A DNA stretch of 64,000 nt from Patellaria atrata CBS 101060 (Eukaryota). The notes under the pieces are model-generated. The model saw only the letters and a list, made by a program, of their open reading frames with translations, ran no database searches and was not told where the DNA came from. The stretch lies in NCBI GenBank assembly GCA_010093705.1, contig MU006099.1:124001-188000 (forward strand), written 5' to 3'. The translations under genes and the position numbers were made by a program. Shown here one piece after another: positions 14,173 to 26,214 of the stretch (position 1 is its first letter; the number at the start of each line of letters is the position of its first letter).

Positions 14173-14541
14173 TCAGTACAATCCAACAGGAACCCACAGT
14201 GCCAACGACTTACTCTTCGACACGCGGTGCTGGCGGCGTTTCTTCACCCCACCCACCGCATCCGCCGTACTGACGGCGGTCCTAGCGGGGCCGACAGGGC
14301 CTCTATGGTCCCTGTACGCCCGGTGGTGGTCCGCCAGGTAGGCCTCCGCCTCCTGTTCTGAGGCGAAGACCTCTTCCACCGCCAGCACGGTGGTTTGAGT
14401 GTGCACCTCCATGGGAGCGGAGGTGGAGGTGGTGGTGATCGTGGCGATGGTGGTGGGTAGGGTGAGCCCCATGGCCCAGGACAAGACGTCGTAAAGTTCC
14501 GGGTTGCCCCGGAACGGCAAGAGAAGGATTTTCCTAAACAT
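14173..14541 (-). CDS. Hypothetical 122-aa protein
   Basis: GC-rich intronless ORF with an ATG start in AT-richer flanks; no family recognised. Confidence 0.35.
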   Translation of the reverse strand: MFRKILLLPFRGNPELYDVLSWAMGLTLPTTIATITTTSTSAPMEVHTQTTVLAVEEVFASEQEAEAYLADHHRAYRDHRGPVGPARTAVSTADAVGGVKKRRQHRVSKSKSLALWVPVGLY

Positions 14542-16056
14542 TTGATCTGTCGCGTCTCAATGTCAGAATATGATTCTGCTTTGTAGCAGCTTGTAAAGCT
14601 GTCTTGCTTATTATAGGAGTGTAAGGGGTAGTGGGGTTGCATAAGGGGTTGGAAATTGAACGGTTACTTACGATGTCGTCAAAATATTTTTCGTTAAAGA
14701 AAAAGGAAGAGAAGAAAGACGCGTGAGGTAGTTATGGGTTTATATTGCGGGCAGAAACGGACTAGCGCGCTTCAGTAGCTATTGGAAGCAGTCAATAGAC
14801 CTGCTGGACACGCTCACAGAGCAAACGGGTGGTGCAACAGGTAAATATTGCCATTTGGTTAGAGACTAACTGAAGGTCATACACCATATGGAGCCACACA
14901 TGCCATTGACTTAAGCTAGAACCGTACTGAAGCTCAATTTGTAGTGAGTTATTTGCAGAAAATGCACGGCGAGGGCCAAAGGGGGAGTCTAAGGCAGTCA
15001 GAGAGTTGTGGGATAGCGACTGGACAGGTTGAAAGCTGGCCATGGGGCCTCCCTGTTGATTATGTGCTATTTGGAGGCTTTCCGGTGGGTATTATTACTC
15101 TATAAGCTCTTCTCGTTCCGTGAAGCGGATGTAATTAGTATACATAACTATACGCCAATCAGTAGAAGCATAGGAAAGGGGTACTGCCTTTCCAAAGCAT
15201 TCCCTACAGTTCGTTATCGGTTTATGTCTTAACCCAGATATTCGATCCAGCCGTATGGATCTCCTTTCTTTCACACTATCAGAAATGACCCATATATCCT
15301 CTACTTGAATTTCAATTCAAAAAACTGCTTTACGTTTCCCTGTATATTACCACAGTCTCAGTTCCCAAGGCAAACCACATCTCCTACACTTCAAGCAGGA
15401 GACGCCATCAATAATCCATTTCGTACACCATACCCATACTCATTCAGGGCAAGCACAACAATCACCTTAATTCCAGATCGGATACACACCTACCTTCGCA
15501 ATCTGTACACCTACTAACAACCGTTCGACCGTGATTCCACCACCTACAATTACCCCTATACCTCTCTATCCTCGCACAAGCACCCCGGCAACTCCTACAG
15601 ATCGCGTGGAAATACCACATCGCGGATATTGAAGTATTGTATACACAATGGGACAGACCTGTTGGATAGCACTATCACACTGGCAACCATACTACGCTGG
15701 ATACGATAGAGCAGGGAGGAGAAACTGGATGATTGAGGGCCTGGATTTGCATTCGTACAATTTCTAGATGGAATGCTAAAGCGCACGAATTCCAGAGGGG
15801 TGAAGGATACACCGTGTTCAAGGGTTACCGATCTAGTTTTCAAAGAGTGGCATAGGGGAAATGAGTGTGGCATTAACATATTGAGCAGGAGAGGTATAAT
15901 CGGAAGCATTGGATCTCGCAATCCGCGATACGATCTTGATCTATGAGATACTTTGTATTTCAGGCATTATAGTACTCTACGGTAGGTCCACTATGTCATG
16001 AAGGCCATATTGTAGGGGGTAGTTGTCACGGGCTAGACCAATAGGTATAAGTGCCT

Positions 16057-16250
16057 TGGATGATCCAGCGGCTTAGCCATGCTATACTTTGATAGAACAG
16101 CTGACGCTGTTCTGGCACTTTCTTTTACTTTCTTTCCTTAAGTTTAAGCTTTATGGATGATCTAGTAGCTTAGTCATGTTGTACTTTAATAGAACAGCTC
16201 ACGCTGTTCTGACACTCTCTCTTACTTTCTTTCCTCAAGTTTAAGCTTCA
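16057..16250. repeat. Two tandem 97-bp copies, each containing an 8-bp inverted repeat AGAACAGC-N4-GCTGTTCT
   Basis: Direct alignment of 16057-16153 with 16154-16250; almost all differences are transitions. Confidence 0.9.
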
Positions 16251-18721
16251 TGTACATGTAGCAATATACCTTTCAGCTTCCATCTGAGGTTGAGCCTTGA
16301 CAGTAGTTTGTAAAATGTTCTGAATTTGTAGTATAGATATGGCACCTTGCTATTATACTAGGAGATAAACTAAATTTGGCCGGTATATTTTGTGTAGCGA
16401 TATAGATGTGAAAAAGCATAGGGAGTCGAGTCCCCATGCCCCTTTTATCTAAAGTATAACATATTTCATCCATCCGATTTGAGAGACTTGCTTCTAGAGT
16501 TTTTCCCTAGAATAGGGGCAGTGCCAACTTTCTAATATTCGAAATGTAGTTCGATGGGATTTCACTCTACCTATTGATAAAATTCCCTTGATATTAAACC
16601 TGCTTCTAACCTCCTCTAAGTCTGGATCGAGAACTTCCCCATCGAATCGGCAGAATAGGGTTTCTGATAAATATTCCATATATCTCTTAGCAACCCGCTT
16701 AGTATAGTAACAGAGATGTATGGATATAGAGTGGGCCCAGGTGACCATTCGTGTCTAGGATTCTAATATAATAGGAAGAAGGAGGAGGCTAATATAAGGG
16801 GGTGTCAAAGGGGCAAGGAGTTAAGTATCTATATATGAAGAGGAGGGATTACTTAAGGTTCATGTAGAAGAATAAATATATATATTAATACTTAAACAAA
16901 CTTTGAATGAAAGGAATAAAGAATAAGAGTTCTCAGGAGCTGCGATTTCAGTTTCATCGAATGTATTCCACGTCCGATTATGGGGTTAAGGCTATTGTAG
17001 GGCGATGAACGTAGAGTTTTGATAATCCTTATACACGAACACACTGAATATTGCGGCTTTATCGTCGTATACATAAGAAACTAAGGATATACATGGAGAA
17101 ACTGAACTGGTGTGAACTACGAAAGCGAGCAAGTAACAAGACGTGTAACTGTATAGCTATTAGTAACGAGATTTTCGATATATATTAGATAAAACCTACA
17201 ATTCAATAAATAAAAGGGGGGGAATAAAACAAGCATAACCATTTAGGCGGCTACCTTCCACGGCGCATCCAGCCAAATAGCTGGCCCACCCTGGTCCCTC
17301 ATATATCTACCTACTCCACACTACTTCCGCTTCTTCTCCTGGAACCTGTGCTTCAAGGTCTATATATCCAGTTAGTAAGATATATCCAAAGCTAGAATCG
17401 AAGAGAGGTGCTGGAAGGAGGTGAGGAACGTACCTTGTGGCTCAGGAAGAGGAGCCACCACTCGTCTCCACTATTGGTAGAGGAACTGAGCGATACCCAG
17501 GTACCAGTACTCACTTTTTCATAGCATTGCGGCAAAAAATGAGGGGTAGGTTCTAGGGAAGTCAGTTGTTGAGTGTATGGACAGCGAGCAGACCTGGAAC
17601 AGCTTACGAGATGTCGAATTGTGGTTTGAGCGGAAGGGAGGAAAGTGATATTAGGGTTGAGGAGTGATGTGAGGGGGATTAGAGAGATGTGTAGTTGGTT
17701 TGGAGATGGTGTGATAGTGCCGGAAAATAAAGTGGGAATGTTAAATGTGTGGGAGTCACTTGGAGTTCGGAAAAGCGCTTTCCGGGCGGTTGACGGAAAA
17801 ACTGAAAGACAAATCTCAATGCCCAACCAGTCGAACAACACAAAAATTAGGGAGAAGGCAGACATATTGGGTGCATCGCTGCTGGACCGCTATTGAACGT
17901 TTTCACCGCTTTAATCTTTCCTTTGGTTCACTTATTCCCGAGTTCTTTATAGTACAGTTACGCAAATCTCACTTTAGACTCATGATTGATACTGCTATAA
18001 AGCGCCGTCTAAGAGGGATTAAATCCTTTGAGATCTAACTCCTAGCGCCAAAGGACTTAGCTGAATTGCTATGTTCTCTACCTACCACCAGTACTCTAAG
18101 GCTATTTGCTTCATAGCACTGATTGCCGATCCCCCTATTTGCTCTGCCAAACCACTCTCGCAAACCGGTAGCAATAGTCTTCAGATTGGAACCATAACAG
18201 AAAGGAAAGACACAAAGGGGCTAGTATGACTAGGTTGATGTCAGTGGAGGGAGCTCAATTAGTTAGCATATCCTATACCAGCTTAGCGGGAGAAGCTAGC
18301 AAGGTGAATGAAGCTTAACCACACTCCTTAGGAGAATAGCGAAAACCACGCAAACTCTGTAGGTATATACACTTAATGGCTTTTCGAGTGGTCGAAGGGG
18401 ACCAAAGCAGCAGAATATAGTTTGGATAAGGAATACGGGAGAAGTGGGATTCGGGAATTAGTATTTTAAGCAGCTGCTATAGAAACGATGCTAATCGTAC
18501 AATTATCACAATTTATCCTCATAGCACTTTGTAAGAGTAGTATTCAATAACGAATCAAATTGCAAACCGTATTAGAGGAACTCGTGCACTTGTGTAGTGC
18601 TATCTAACTCCAATCCCAACTTCTCTAACGCCCTACGGCCCACAAGGACCACTCATGGCTGAGTAGAGAATCCAGTCAGCAAATCAGCAGTGGATCAAAT
18701 ATAAACTTCATCGCTCAGAGC

Positions 18722-19312
18722 TCACTTCATACAAACATCTGGTTCCGAAGGGCACAGAACGCAGTAGAGCGGATTAGCCCGCTGCTCTCTTCTCTCCTCC
18801 AAGCGTCTTTGGTACGCTTGTCGACGCAAGCGCACCATATCGTCGTCCTCGTCTTCATTCCCATCGTCGAACGGGCTGGGGTACTCCGTTCCATATTCTA
18901 GAGGAGCCTCAGCCCCGTAAGAAGGTCGACTGATCTGCGGCGGAGGTGGCGGCGTTGCGGATTCTGCTTCTGCAGAGTTGTTCTGATTTGTGGCCCCAGT
19001 GTGGTCCAATTCTATAGTGTTGTCGGTGGTTTGAGGTCTATTGGAAGACGAGAAGGTTAAAAAATGGTTACATTATTATAAGCGCTCGTATAGTCCAATG
19101 TCACTCACACTGAAGTTGTGCTACCATCACTATGCGATATAGCACTGTCGGCAGATGTGGCCTCTTCATAGAACGGAGGAGGGGAAGGGATTGTAGTTGC
19201 GGAGGAGGCGGTGGTGTGGATTTGGTGTTGGTTCTTGTCTGAACTAATATGTTCTTATTCTGTAGGAGCTGCTCCATTATGATTCTCGTTGTAGGTCTAG
19301 CTTTCTCTCTCA
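18722..19312 (-). pseudogene. Proline-rich hypothetical gene or pseudogene with one apparent intron (~19108-19038)
   Basis: Two ORF pieces carry related motifs (ESATPPPPPQI and KSTPPPPPQL), with a GTGAGT..TAG intron-like segment between them; no family recognised. Confidence 0.3.
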
Positions 19313-20339
19313 TGGTGATCCATAGGTAAGGACCAAAGAGAAGATAGGGGTTGTAAGTGAAGAAGGGAGGAGTACAGGTAGGTAGACTAGGAAAAAAAGA
19401 CCCCGTCGTAAAAGCAGAAAGTAGCATCTAGGACTTTGATCACATGAAAGACGTATAATAGTATTACTTGCTGACTTTCAGAAGATTACGCTTGGCAGCG
19501 ATTGACTTTGTTGCTCACCTAACCCAAAGCTCATCCAGCACCAAGAACATCATAGCCCTCACACTTTAACACAACAACCATCAAAATTCATTTCCGCTTT
19601 TTAAACTCTGCAAACATTTTTCTATCTCCATTCTCTTTGACATCTAGCTTAATTGTCTCATTTTCATCCACTGCATGCTGTAGAGTCCCCCTGAGTCGCG
19701 TCACCGTCGACTCAGCGGAGGTATCTATCCAGACAGATGTCGGAGCAGCACCGCGCTTTATGTAAGTTGTTACTAGATCTTAACGATCTAGTAGATGGTC
19801 CTCTTCTTTTGTGATAGATCTCAAAGCTTTGAGATGTCTAGAGATCATCTAACTCTGTCGGAAGATGTGTGGTGCTCCTCTCCCTCTAGAGGCAAACACC
19901 AAACTTTAGCTTCATGCTCTTTGTCTCTGCCAACGATGAGCTTGATAATACTAAGGTATGTATATCTATGATGATTTGTACTAACTAGCAAAGCCGCAGG
20001 GCTGAAAAGTCTTGTTGCGGGCGCCACTTTGTGGAAGCCCATAGAACGCGTAGGTCGGAGTAGGTAAAAACCTTCGTGACTGCACCACAACAAACCCAAA
20101 ACAACTTTTCTTGTAAGTCTTCTCAACACCCAACCTTCTCTTACTTTTTCTATCGCGCGTCCATAATAACTTGAATCTCTTATTAGATGCAACATGCAGA
20201 CTTGCAACTCCGCTAAGGAATAGCAACTCCAGCGACTTCATCGCTGTCAGGATGCAAGTTAAAGACTGGTCCATGGCTACAACTCTGTAAGTATCTCAAG
20301 CTTCCCCCTATTATTACCTCAAGCTATCCTTTGATGAAT

Positions 20340-20394
20340 GCTTCTAACTGTTGACCGCTTCTCACTGTTAACTGCTTCCCACTGTCGACTGCTC
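20340..20394 (+). repeat. 17-bp unit x3 (GCTTCYMACTGTYRACY)
   Basis: gcttctaactgttgacc / gcttctcactgttaact / gcttcccactgtcgact. Confidence 0.8.
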
Positions 20395-21664
20395 ACTAAT
20401 GGTTATGACTTTGCTGCTCCGGTGGCTTTGTTGACATTTGTGATACTCTTCCAAAACCCCAACCCCTTCTCTTTGACTGACCCACATAGTCTTATTGCTT
20501 TGAGCGTTGGCTGACTAATGAACTTCATTAGATAAATACCAAGAGTCTCTTCATTGGAAATACCCCTCGCTGGTTTCGTTGGCTGTAAAAATAGTAAGTC
20601 TTTTAAATGTCCCCGCCAGTACGTACACACATCGTGGGTATGATGAACCTAGAGTAAACTGCAAAAGCCTGAACTCAAAAAGCCATACAAGAAGGCCCGT
20701 TTTCTCTATCCCGTAAGAATGCTGGGAGAAAAGTAATGGCAACAACAACAAATCCAGTTCTTGGTACCTGCTCACCTGAGTAAGAACCATTTCTGGTATT
20801 GGCTCTCACTTCACGTTGGTTGGGGTTCTATCAAATAACCACCGACCTCGTGAAAATTGTGAGAGACATCATATGCAGAATCAATGTCGACTCTACTTGA
20901 CCCACATTTCTTGATCTTGGTGCTTCTTCGAGTTCCTGGTAGACTTGGCTAACACTTATGATTGACCCTACTCTAGGTTGAGCGTCGAGCTGATCCGAAG
21001 CCGGGCATTGTTGGAGCATACCACCGCCTGCTAGGTACGCGCCTCTTTCTTCTTTTTGTGTCTTATGTTGACCATTGGCTAATACTTATCGCTCTTGTCA
21101 CTCCAGGTTGATGATCGACCAAACGGGCGCTCGATTATGGACATATGCCACACGTTGGTATGTACTCTTTTCCTCCTTCTTTCTCCCTTCCCCGTTTTAT
21201 TATAATGATGGCATTGTAACCTAGGCATGAAAAACTAGAGACGCTCTGTTACTTCTCTATGCGTACAAGTTACCAAACTCTAGTTTGGCTTATCGGAATC
21301 TTTCAAGTCTTTTCGCAACTTGTTGTTATCTTTACTAGAATGAGCAATAAGGCTAATGGCATCGTCGCGCAAGCACTTCTCTTTAGATTTTCCGTTTGGA
21401 TTGTGCACATCTCCCGAGACTCCCTCCTAGCTGACATGGATGTCGCCGGCCCTGAAGTATACTTCTTAGTATTTATGATGGTTGTCATGAACTTTGTAAG
21501 TACCAACTCTTTTTCCCGTACGTTTTTACTAGAATTGTTTGGATAATCTCTGGCTATTTCCTATCTCTTTTGCTTTCATGTCTTCATGTCTTCATGTAAT
21601 GTAATTTCCTTAGGCAACAGCTAGCTTTTCCTCAACAGGTCCTTGCACGATATTGCAATAACTG

Positions 21665-21693
21665 TCCTCCTCCTCCTCCTCCTCCTCCTCCTC
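21665..21693. repeat. (TCC)n microsatellite
   Basis: Perfect trinucleotide run. Confidence 0.95.
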
Positions 21694-22077
21694 TTCTCCA
21701 TCTACTCCTGCTTCGAGCCTTCAACTCTTCAACCCTTCATCCCTTCGATTGAGTCCACTACCCACCCCTATAACTCTACGCTTCAGTAGAGCCGAAAGAG
21801 AAGGAAGATGTATTAGGTTCTCAGGAACACAACCAAGAGGCGGAAATGGCACAACACAATCGGGAGTTCGCACCGAGGAACTCGTGCTGCAATGAAGGAA
21901 CAGGACACCCTAACAGTCTTAGCTTTCTGACCATCTAGGGTACCAAACATCAACGCCCGACTTAAGCACGTCTGTAAACCGCTCAATCGATCCTCCAAGA
22001 GAGTGAATGCTCCAGACAACGTCTCCAGTGCTTTCAATCTTAACTAACAGTAAGTCAACACCCTGTTACCCCTGAAA

Positions 22078-22147
22078 TCCGGGTATGACGAGAACCAATT
22101 TCCAATGGAAACTCAACGAGCTCTATGCTAGATGTTCCGACTGAGGA
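22078..22147 (+). ncRNA. Candidate intronic C/D snoRNA
   Basis: Donor GTAAGT 22050; C box ATGACGA 22085; D box CTGA 22141; flanking TCC/GGA. Confidence 0.5.
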
Positions 22148-23435
22148 CAAATAGAGCTATTCGGATTAAACACTCGCCTTTCTTAATCACATTCGCTATG
22201 ACTAGTCAGAACATAGCTAACCGGTATAACCAGTGTCTCCTTCCGACAAGAATCTCCTCGTCTGACTTCTCTGCGTTATCGTTCCGGAGTGGCCACTGAC
22301 AACTAGAGCTTTAGCACTCCTGATTCTGCTTCCGACTTCACCCATTATCTGAAACCGAACGGAGTAGGTCCTTTTTCTCTAAGAACTTCTTTCATTTCAC
22401 ATGATGACAAAACAAAACACAACCGGTAGAAGGTCGATTGGATTAAGGGTCAAATGTCCCTGGGGACATGGCCTGTTACTATTACCGCTGCCAATCACTG
22501 TTGTTGGCTAGGACGAAGGGTCAAAATGGATCCTTAACTTCTCTAAAAGCAGGTCCGTCGACTGTCCAGACTGAGTTCCGTACGCGGTTCCATGGCTTGT
22601 TATTTTAAATTTATCTAATCAAGGATTCACCATTCCAATCGTATCTCTCTTCGTTGTCTATGTTCTTGAGCTAAATGCCAAATAGGTTTGCAATATCATT
22701 GCAGTCGGCTGGAGTGTTCCATCACCAACTCTCACGGTGTAAGTACCTTTCTTATGCGGCACCTTGCACTTTGAAATGATGATATCCACCCGCGATGGAA
22801 GTTCCTAATGAAAGTTGATACGGCATAGTAGTCCTGCTGCCGGCCACACTATCCCATGTGTCACTGGCAAGGATGAGGCGCCAAAAGGGCTTCGCGAGAA
22901 ACCCATTCTGTCAGCTTTTTAAGGTGGTTATTTCTGCGTGGGTTTGAATTGCTACATATCAGCTTTTGACCATCTGATCGACACCACCATATGCCCTTTC
23001 TTCGGTTCGATGTTTAACTTCCGGACTAACTGCTGGTTTAGGTTCACGATTTTATGGATGGCTAGGCTCTTCCTAGAGTAAGTTCTTTTCTCCTGTCGTC
23101 CCCATTCAAATTCTTCATGATGATCAGCCAAAACACCATCGAATGGACGTTCTTTATGAAACTTCCCTAAGGCGTACTGTTCCCATTGTCGATTAGTCTT
23201 TACTTGAGTCTTTGGCAGAAATGAGTTATGCTGAAGTGGTATTCCCCTTCCGTGGGTATGATTTGTGGTTCTGGATTCCTTTAGGGGGTTTAACATTTCT
23301 GATGGAGACTCCCTATTTTCGCTCTTTCGCCTCGTTGTTTGATTCCTTGTGTGACTGCTCAAGTAGGTCCGCGGTATCGTCCACGATCAAATTACTATCG
23401 AGTAAGTCATTTTCCTTAAACCCAAAATCAAGATT

Positions 23436-23529
23436 CCGAATGATGATCAAAAACCAAAAAAAAAAAAAACCAAAATCAAGAAAGTCTGAGAACGATGTTG
23501 GATGATTTCATCTCAATGGATCTGACCTG
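23436..23529 (+). ncRNA. Candidate intronic C/D snoRNA (A-rich, possibly decayed)
   Basis: C ATGATGA 23440; D' CTGA 23486; C'-like TGGATGA ~23499; D CTGA 23522; branch ACTAAC 23576. Confidence 0.55.
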
Positions 23530-23663
23530 CACTATTCCCCTAGCTTTCTTCCACGTCGGCTATTGAAGAGTTTCGACTAACTGCTACAGCAGGTTCGCGA
23601 TATCGTCCGTCTTCTAAATTTCCATAGAGCAAGTTCTTTCTCCAATCACCATACCCACTAGAT

Positions 23664-23731
23664 CTCATATGATGAAAGGCATGATTTTCTGAGAACCGTG
23701 TTCCATGATATCAGTTTCAATTCTGACCAAG
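23664..23731 (+). ncRNA. Candidate intronic C/D snoRNA, subfamily A copy 1
   Basis: C ATGATGA 23669; D' CTGA 23689; D CTGA 23723; branch GCTGAC 23775. Confidence 0.6.
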
Positions 23732-23861
23732 GCCGCACAACTATTTATCTCTGCGTCGCTACTTAAACTTCTTTGCTGACTACTAGAGCAGGTCCATGCT
23801 ATATCGTCCGTGTTCCAGATTTCCATAGAGTAAGTTCTTTCTCCAAGCTTTATACCCGGAT

Positions 23862-23930
23862 CTCGTATGACGAAATTCAAGATTTTTTGAGATCCGTGTT
23901 CCATGATATCATTTTTCAATTCTGACCGAG
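23862..23930 (+). ncRNA. Candidate intronic C/D snoRNA, subfamily A copy 2
   Basis: C ATGACGA 23867; D CTGA 23922; terminal stem CTCG/CGAG; paralog of 23664-23731. Confidence 0.6.
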
Positions 23931-24065
23931 GCCGCACAACTGTTTATCTCTGCGTCGCTACTCAAACTTTCTTTGCTGATGACTAGAGCAGGATCATGCC
24001 ATATCGTCCGCGGTAATTTGTCTAAGGTAGGTTTTCCGTACGAACCCCTTTCCAGTCGTTCATCG

Positions 24066-24138
24066 CTGTCATGATGAGAGTGTTTACATATGAGAAATTA
24101 TGTGGAAAACAATCGTTCTTTTGGAACTATCTGAACAG
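24066..24138 (+). ncRNA. Candidate intronic C/D snoRNA
   Basis: C ATGATGA 24071; D CTGA 24131; perfect terminal stem CTGT/ACAG; branch TCTAAC 24182. Confidence 0.7.
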
Positions 24139-24333
24139 GCAACCTGATGTTGTATCTTTTCTGGCAATTGGAGTTCCCACCTCTAACCACACAATGGAAA
24201 GTAGGCCTTCAATATCAGCCGGGATCCTTTCGGAAAGGTACGCATTGTTTCCCAATCTTTGTACGAATGACAAGTCCGAGTCGATGACCGTCTGCAAGGT
24301 ACCTGTTTAAACCATGTCTTTCCGATAAATGAC

Positions 24334-24419
24334 GGCTGCCAATAATGATTAAATTATTCTTCTCCTTTTGACCAACGTTGAGAAATCGAATACGTCTGAA
24401 TGGCACCTCTAATGTAGCC
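24334..24419 (+). ncRNA. Degenerate C/D snoRNA copy, subfamily B (probably inactive)
   Basis: C ATAATGA, D' TTGA and D CTAA are each a single transition from consensus; stem GGCTGC/GTAGCC; alignable to the next two units. Confidence 0.5.
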
Positions 24420-24556
24420 AGTATATCTCAAGACTATTTCTAAAGCTTGAAGTTTCCTCTGCTAACTGATAGAGAATAGGACTTACAATATCATCCTCGG
24501 CACCATTCCCCTCAATAAGGTACGTGATTTAACCGTCTCTTTCTGTGGAATTTGAC

Positions 24557-24640
24557 TGCCAATGATGATCAACCTATTCAACTTCTTTTTTTGACAGGCG
24601 CTGATAAAAAAGAATATGTCTGAATGGCATATCTGAGGCA
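24557..24640 (+). ncRNA. Candidate intronic C/D snoRNA, subfamily B
   Basis: C ATGATGA 24562; D' CTGA 24601; D CTGA 24633; stem TGCC/GGCA; branch GCTGAC 24687. Confidence 0.72.
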
Positions 24641-24783
24641 ACCAACATATCTCTCAAGACTGTTTCTAAAGGTTGAAGTGTCCTCTGCTGACTTGTGAAG
24701 AATTAGGACTTGCAATATCATCCTCCGCAACGTTCCCGTCTGTAAAGTACGTGATTCAACCGTCTCTTTTCGTGAATTTTGAC

Positions 24784-24869
24784 CGCCGATGATGATCAAC
24801 CTATTCAACTTCTCCTTTTTTTGACAGGCGCTGAGAAAAAGAATTTGTTCGAATGACAGATCTGAGGCG
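24784..24869 (+). ncRNA. Candidate intronic C/D snoRNA, subfamily B
   Basis: C ATGATGA 24789; D' CTGA 24831; D CTGA 24862; stem CGCC/GGCG; branch GCTAAC 24917. Confidence 0.72.
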
Positions 24870-25020
24870 ACTAATCTCTTTCTCAACATTGTTTCTGAAA
24901 GCTTGAAGTGTTCTCCGCTAACTGATATGGTGAGAACAGAACTTGCAATACTATCCGCGGTCATCTTCTCTTGCAAGGTACGTACTCAAACATCTCTTTT
25001 TGTGAACTGTGATGGGAGTT

Positions 25021-25099
25021 CTGATGATCCACATAAATTCTTGGACTTCTTATTGAGACTTGTGTGTCGTTGAAAAAAAACGTTCTGGACCAGATCTGA
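25021..25099 (+). ncRNA. Candidate intronic C/D snoRNA (diverged)
   Basis: C CTGATGA 25021, 43 nt after the donor; D in CAGATCTGAGG as in subfamily B; no clear stem. Confidence 0.45.
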
Positions 25100-25268
25100 G
25101 GTAGACAGCTAGCATAATATAATTGCTAATAGATTTGAACCGATCACTACTTATCGATTTTTCCAGGATTAACGCGAGCGGCCTGGATGCGAACAGTCGA
25201 GCTATTTCACCGTTTAAACGGTCGTAATGGTAGGTTTCCCCTTTTGCATGCCCATCTCCTGAAACTGT

Positions 25269-25355
25269 TTGCTGTTATGATGGTCCAAATCTGTTCTATG
25301 CTGATCTGAATCTTCAATGACGAAAACACGGATCCAAAATTGTCTGAACTAGCGA
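25269..25355 (+). ncRNA. Candidate intronic C/D snoRNA
   Basis: C-like ATGATGG 25277; D' CTGA 25301; C' ATGACGA 25317; D CTGA 25344; stem TTGCTGT/ACTAGCGA with one bulge; branch GCTAAC 25397. Confidence 0.6.
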
Positions 25356-25734
25356 GCTAGTGTCGTGTCATTTTTATTGTTCTTTAAGCGATCACTGCTA
25401 ACCCCTTTGTCCAGGGATTACTCGAAATGATCGAACGCCAATATTTCCAGTCGGGATATACATCGCATCGCAAAACGTTGTAACGGTACGTATGATTACT
25501 GTCCGTCAATAGAAAATGCCTCTCTCTGTAATGAACTAGACATTCGACTTTTCGAATTTATCGTGAGAATACCAAATCAATTTCTGACTGATCCATTTGA
25601 TTTCGTTGTAAACATGAAGTCAAGCAGTGCTAACAATGCGACCAGGTACACATTTCGTAGATAGTCGGAGCGGTGGACGCAGGCGAACACAGTGGTATGT
25701 ATCTTCTTGCTTTGTTTATCCTAAAGCTTTTCCA

Positions 25735-25824
25735 GTGGCCATGAAGTTCAATTGAACTATTATAAGGTCTTTTGACACCTTGAATGAAAAAAAAGCCCTA
25801 GTTCGTAAAATTTATGACGGCCAC
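25735..25824 (+). ncRNA. Candidate intronic C/D snoRNA (variant boxes)
   Basis: Perfect 6-bp stem GTGGCC/GGCCAC enclosing C-like ATGAAGT 25741 and D-like ATGA 25814; branch GCTAAT 25868. Confidence 0.5.
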
Positions 25825-25969
25825 GGGTCTCTTCACATCGCACCGATAAAACTTTTGACGGAGCTGTGCTAATTACTCTCCGCAGGTGAAAACTTGATAA
25901 ACCAGAGGGAGAGACGCATCGCGCACAATGGTACGTATTTCCCTTCTTCCTAATACCATTGTCGTAATC

Positions 25970-26049
25970 ATAATGAGCAAAGATCCTTCCCCACTTGACC
26001 TCTTCATGAGAACAGCACATTGGAATTCCCAATTCGAGAGTGAGACTGA
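25970..26049 (+). ncRNA. Degenerate intronic C/D-like unit
   Basis: ATAATGA 39 nt after donor 25931; CTGA 26046; branch GCTGAT 26095. Confidence 0.4.
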
Positions 26050-26214
26050 GCAAGGTTACTGTTACTGGTCCAGACTGAAATGAATGCTTATTGTGCTGAT
26101 TATCTGGCCGAGTGAAAAGTAGAAAAGCCGTGTAAATGTGGGCCAGACTTGGGATCCAAACATATATCATGGGAAGTATTTCTGTTTTTTTGTTGTCAGA
26201 AACCCCCAGTGCGT

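Noticed and set aside
14215..14290. ARTAVST..GGVKKRRQHR resembling the histone H3 tail (GGVKKPHR)
   Set aside because: Only a 5-residue identity with no histone fold; equally explained as an NLS or chance.
23665..24976. Minus-strand ORFs with repeated peptides (DIMEHGSQKI; LIIIG)
   Set aside because: These are antisense by-products of the DNA repeats; splice signals and boxes are all on the + strand.
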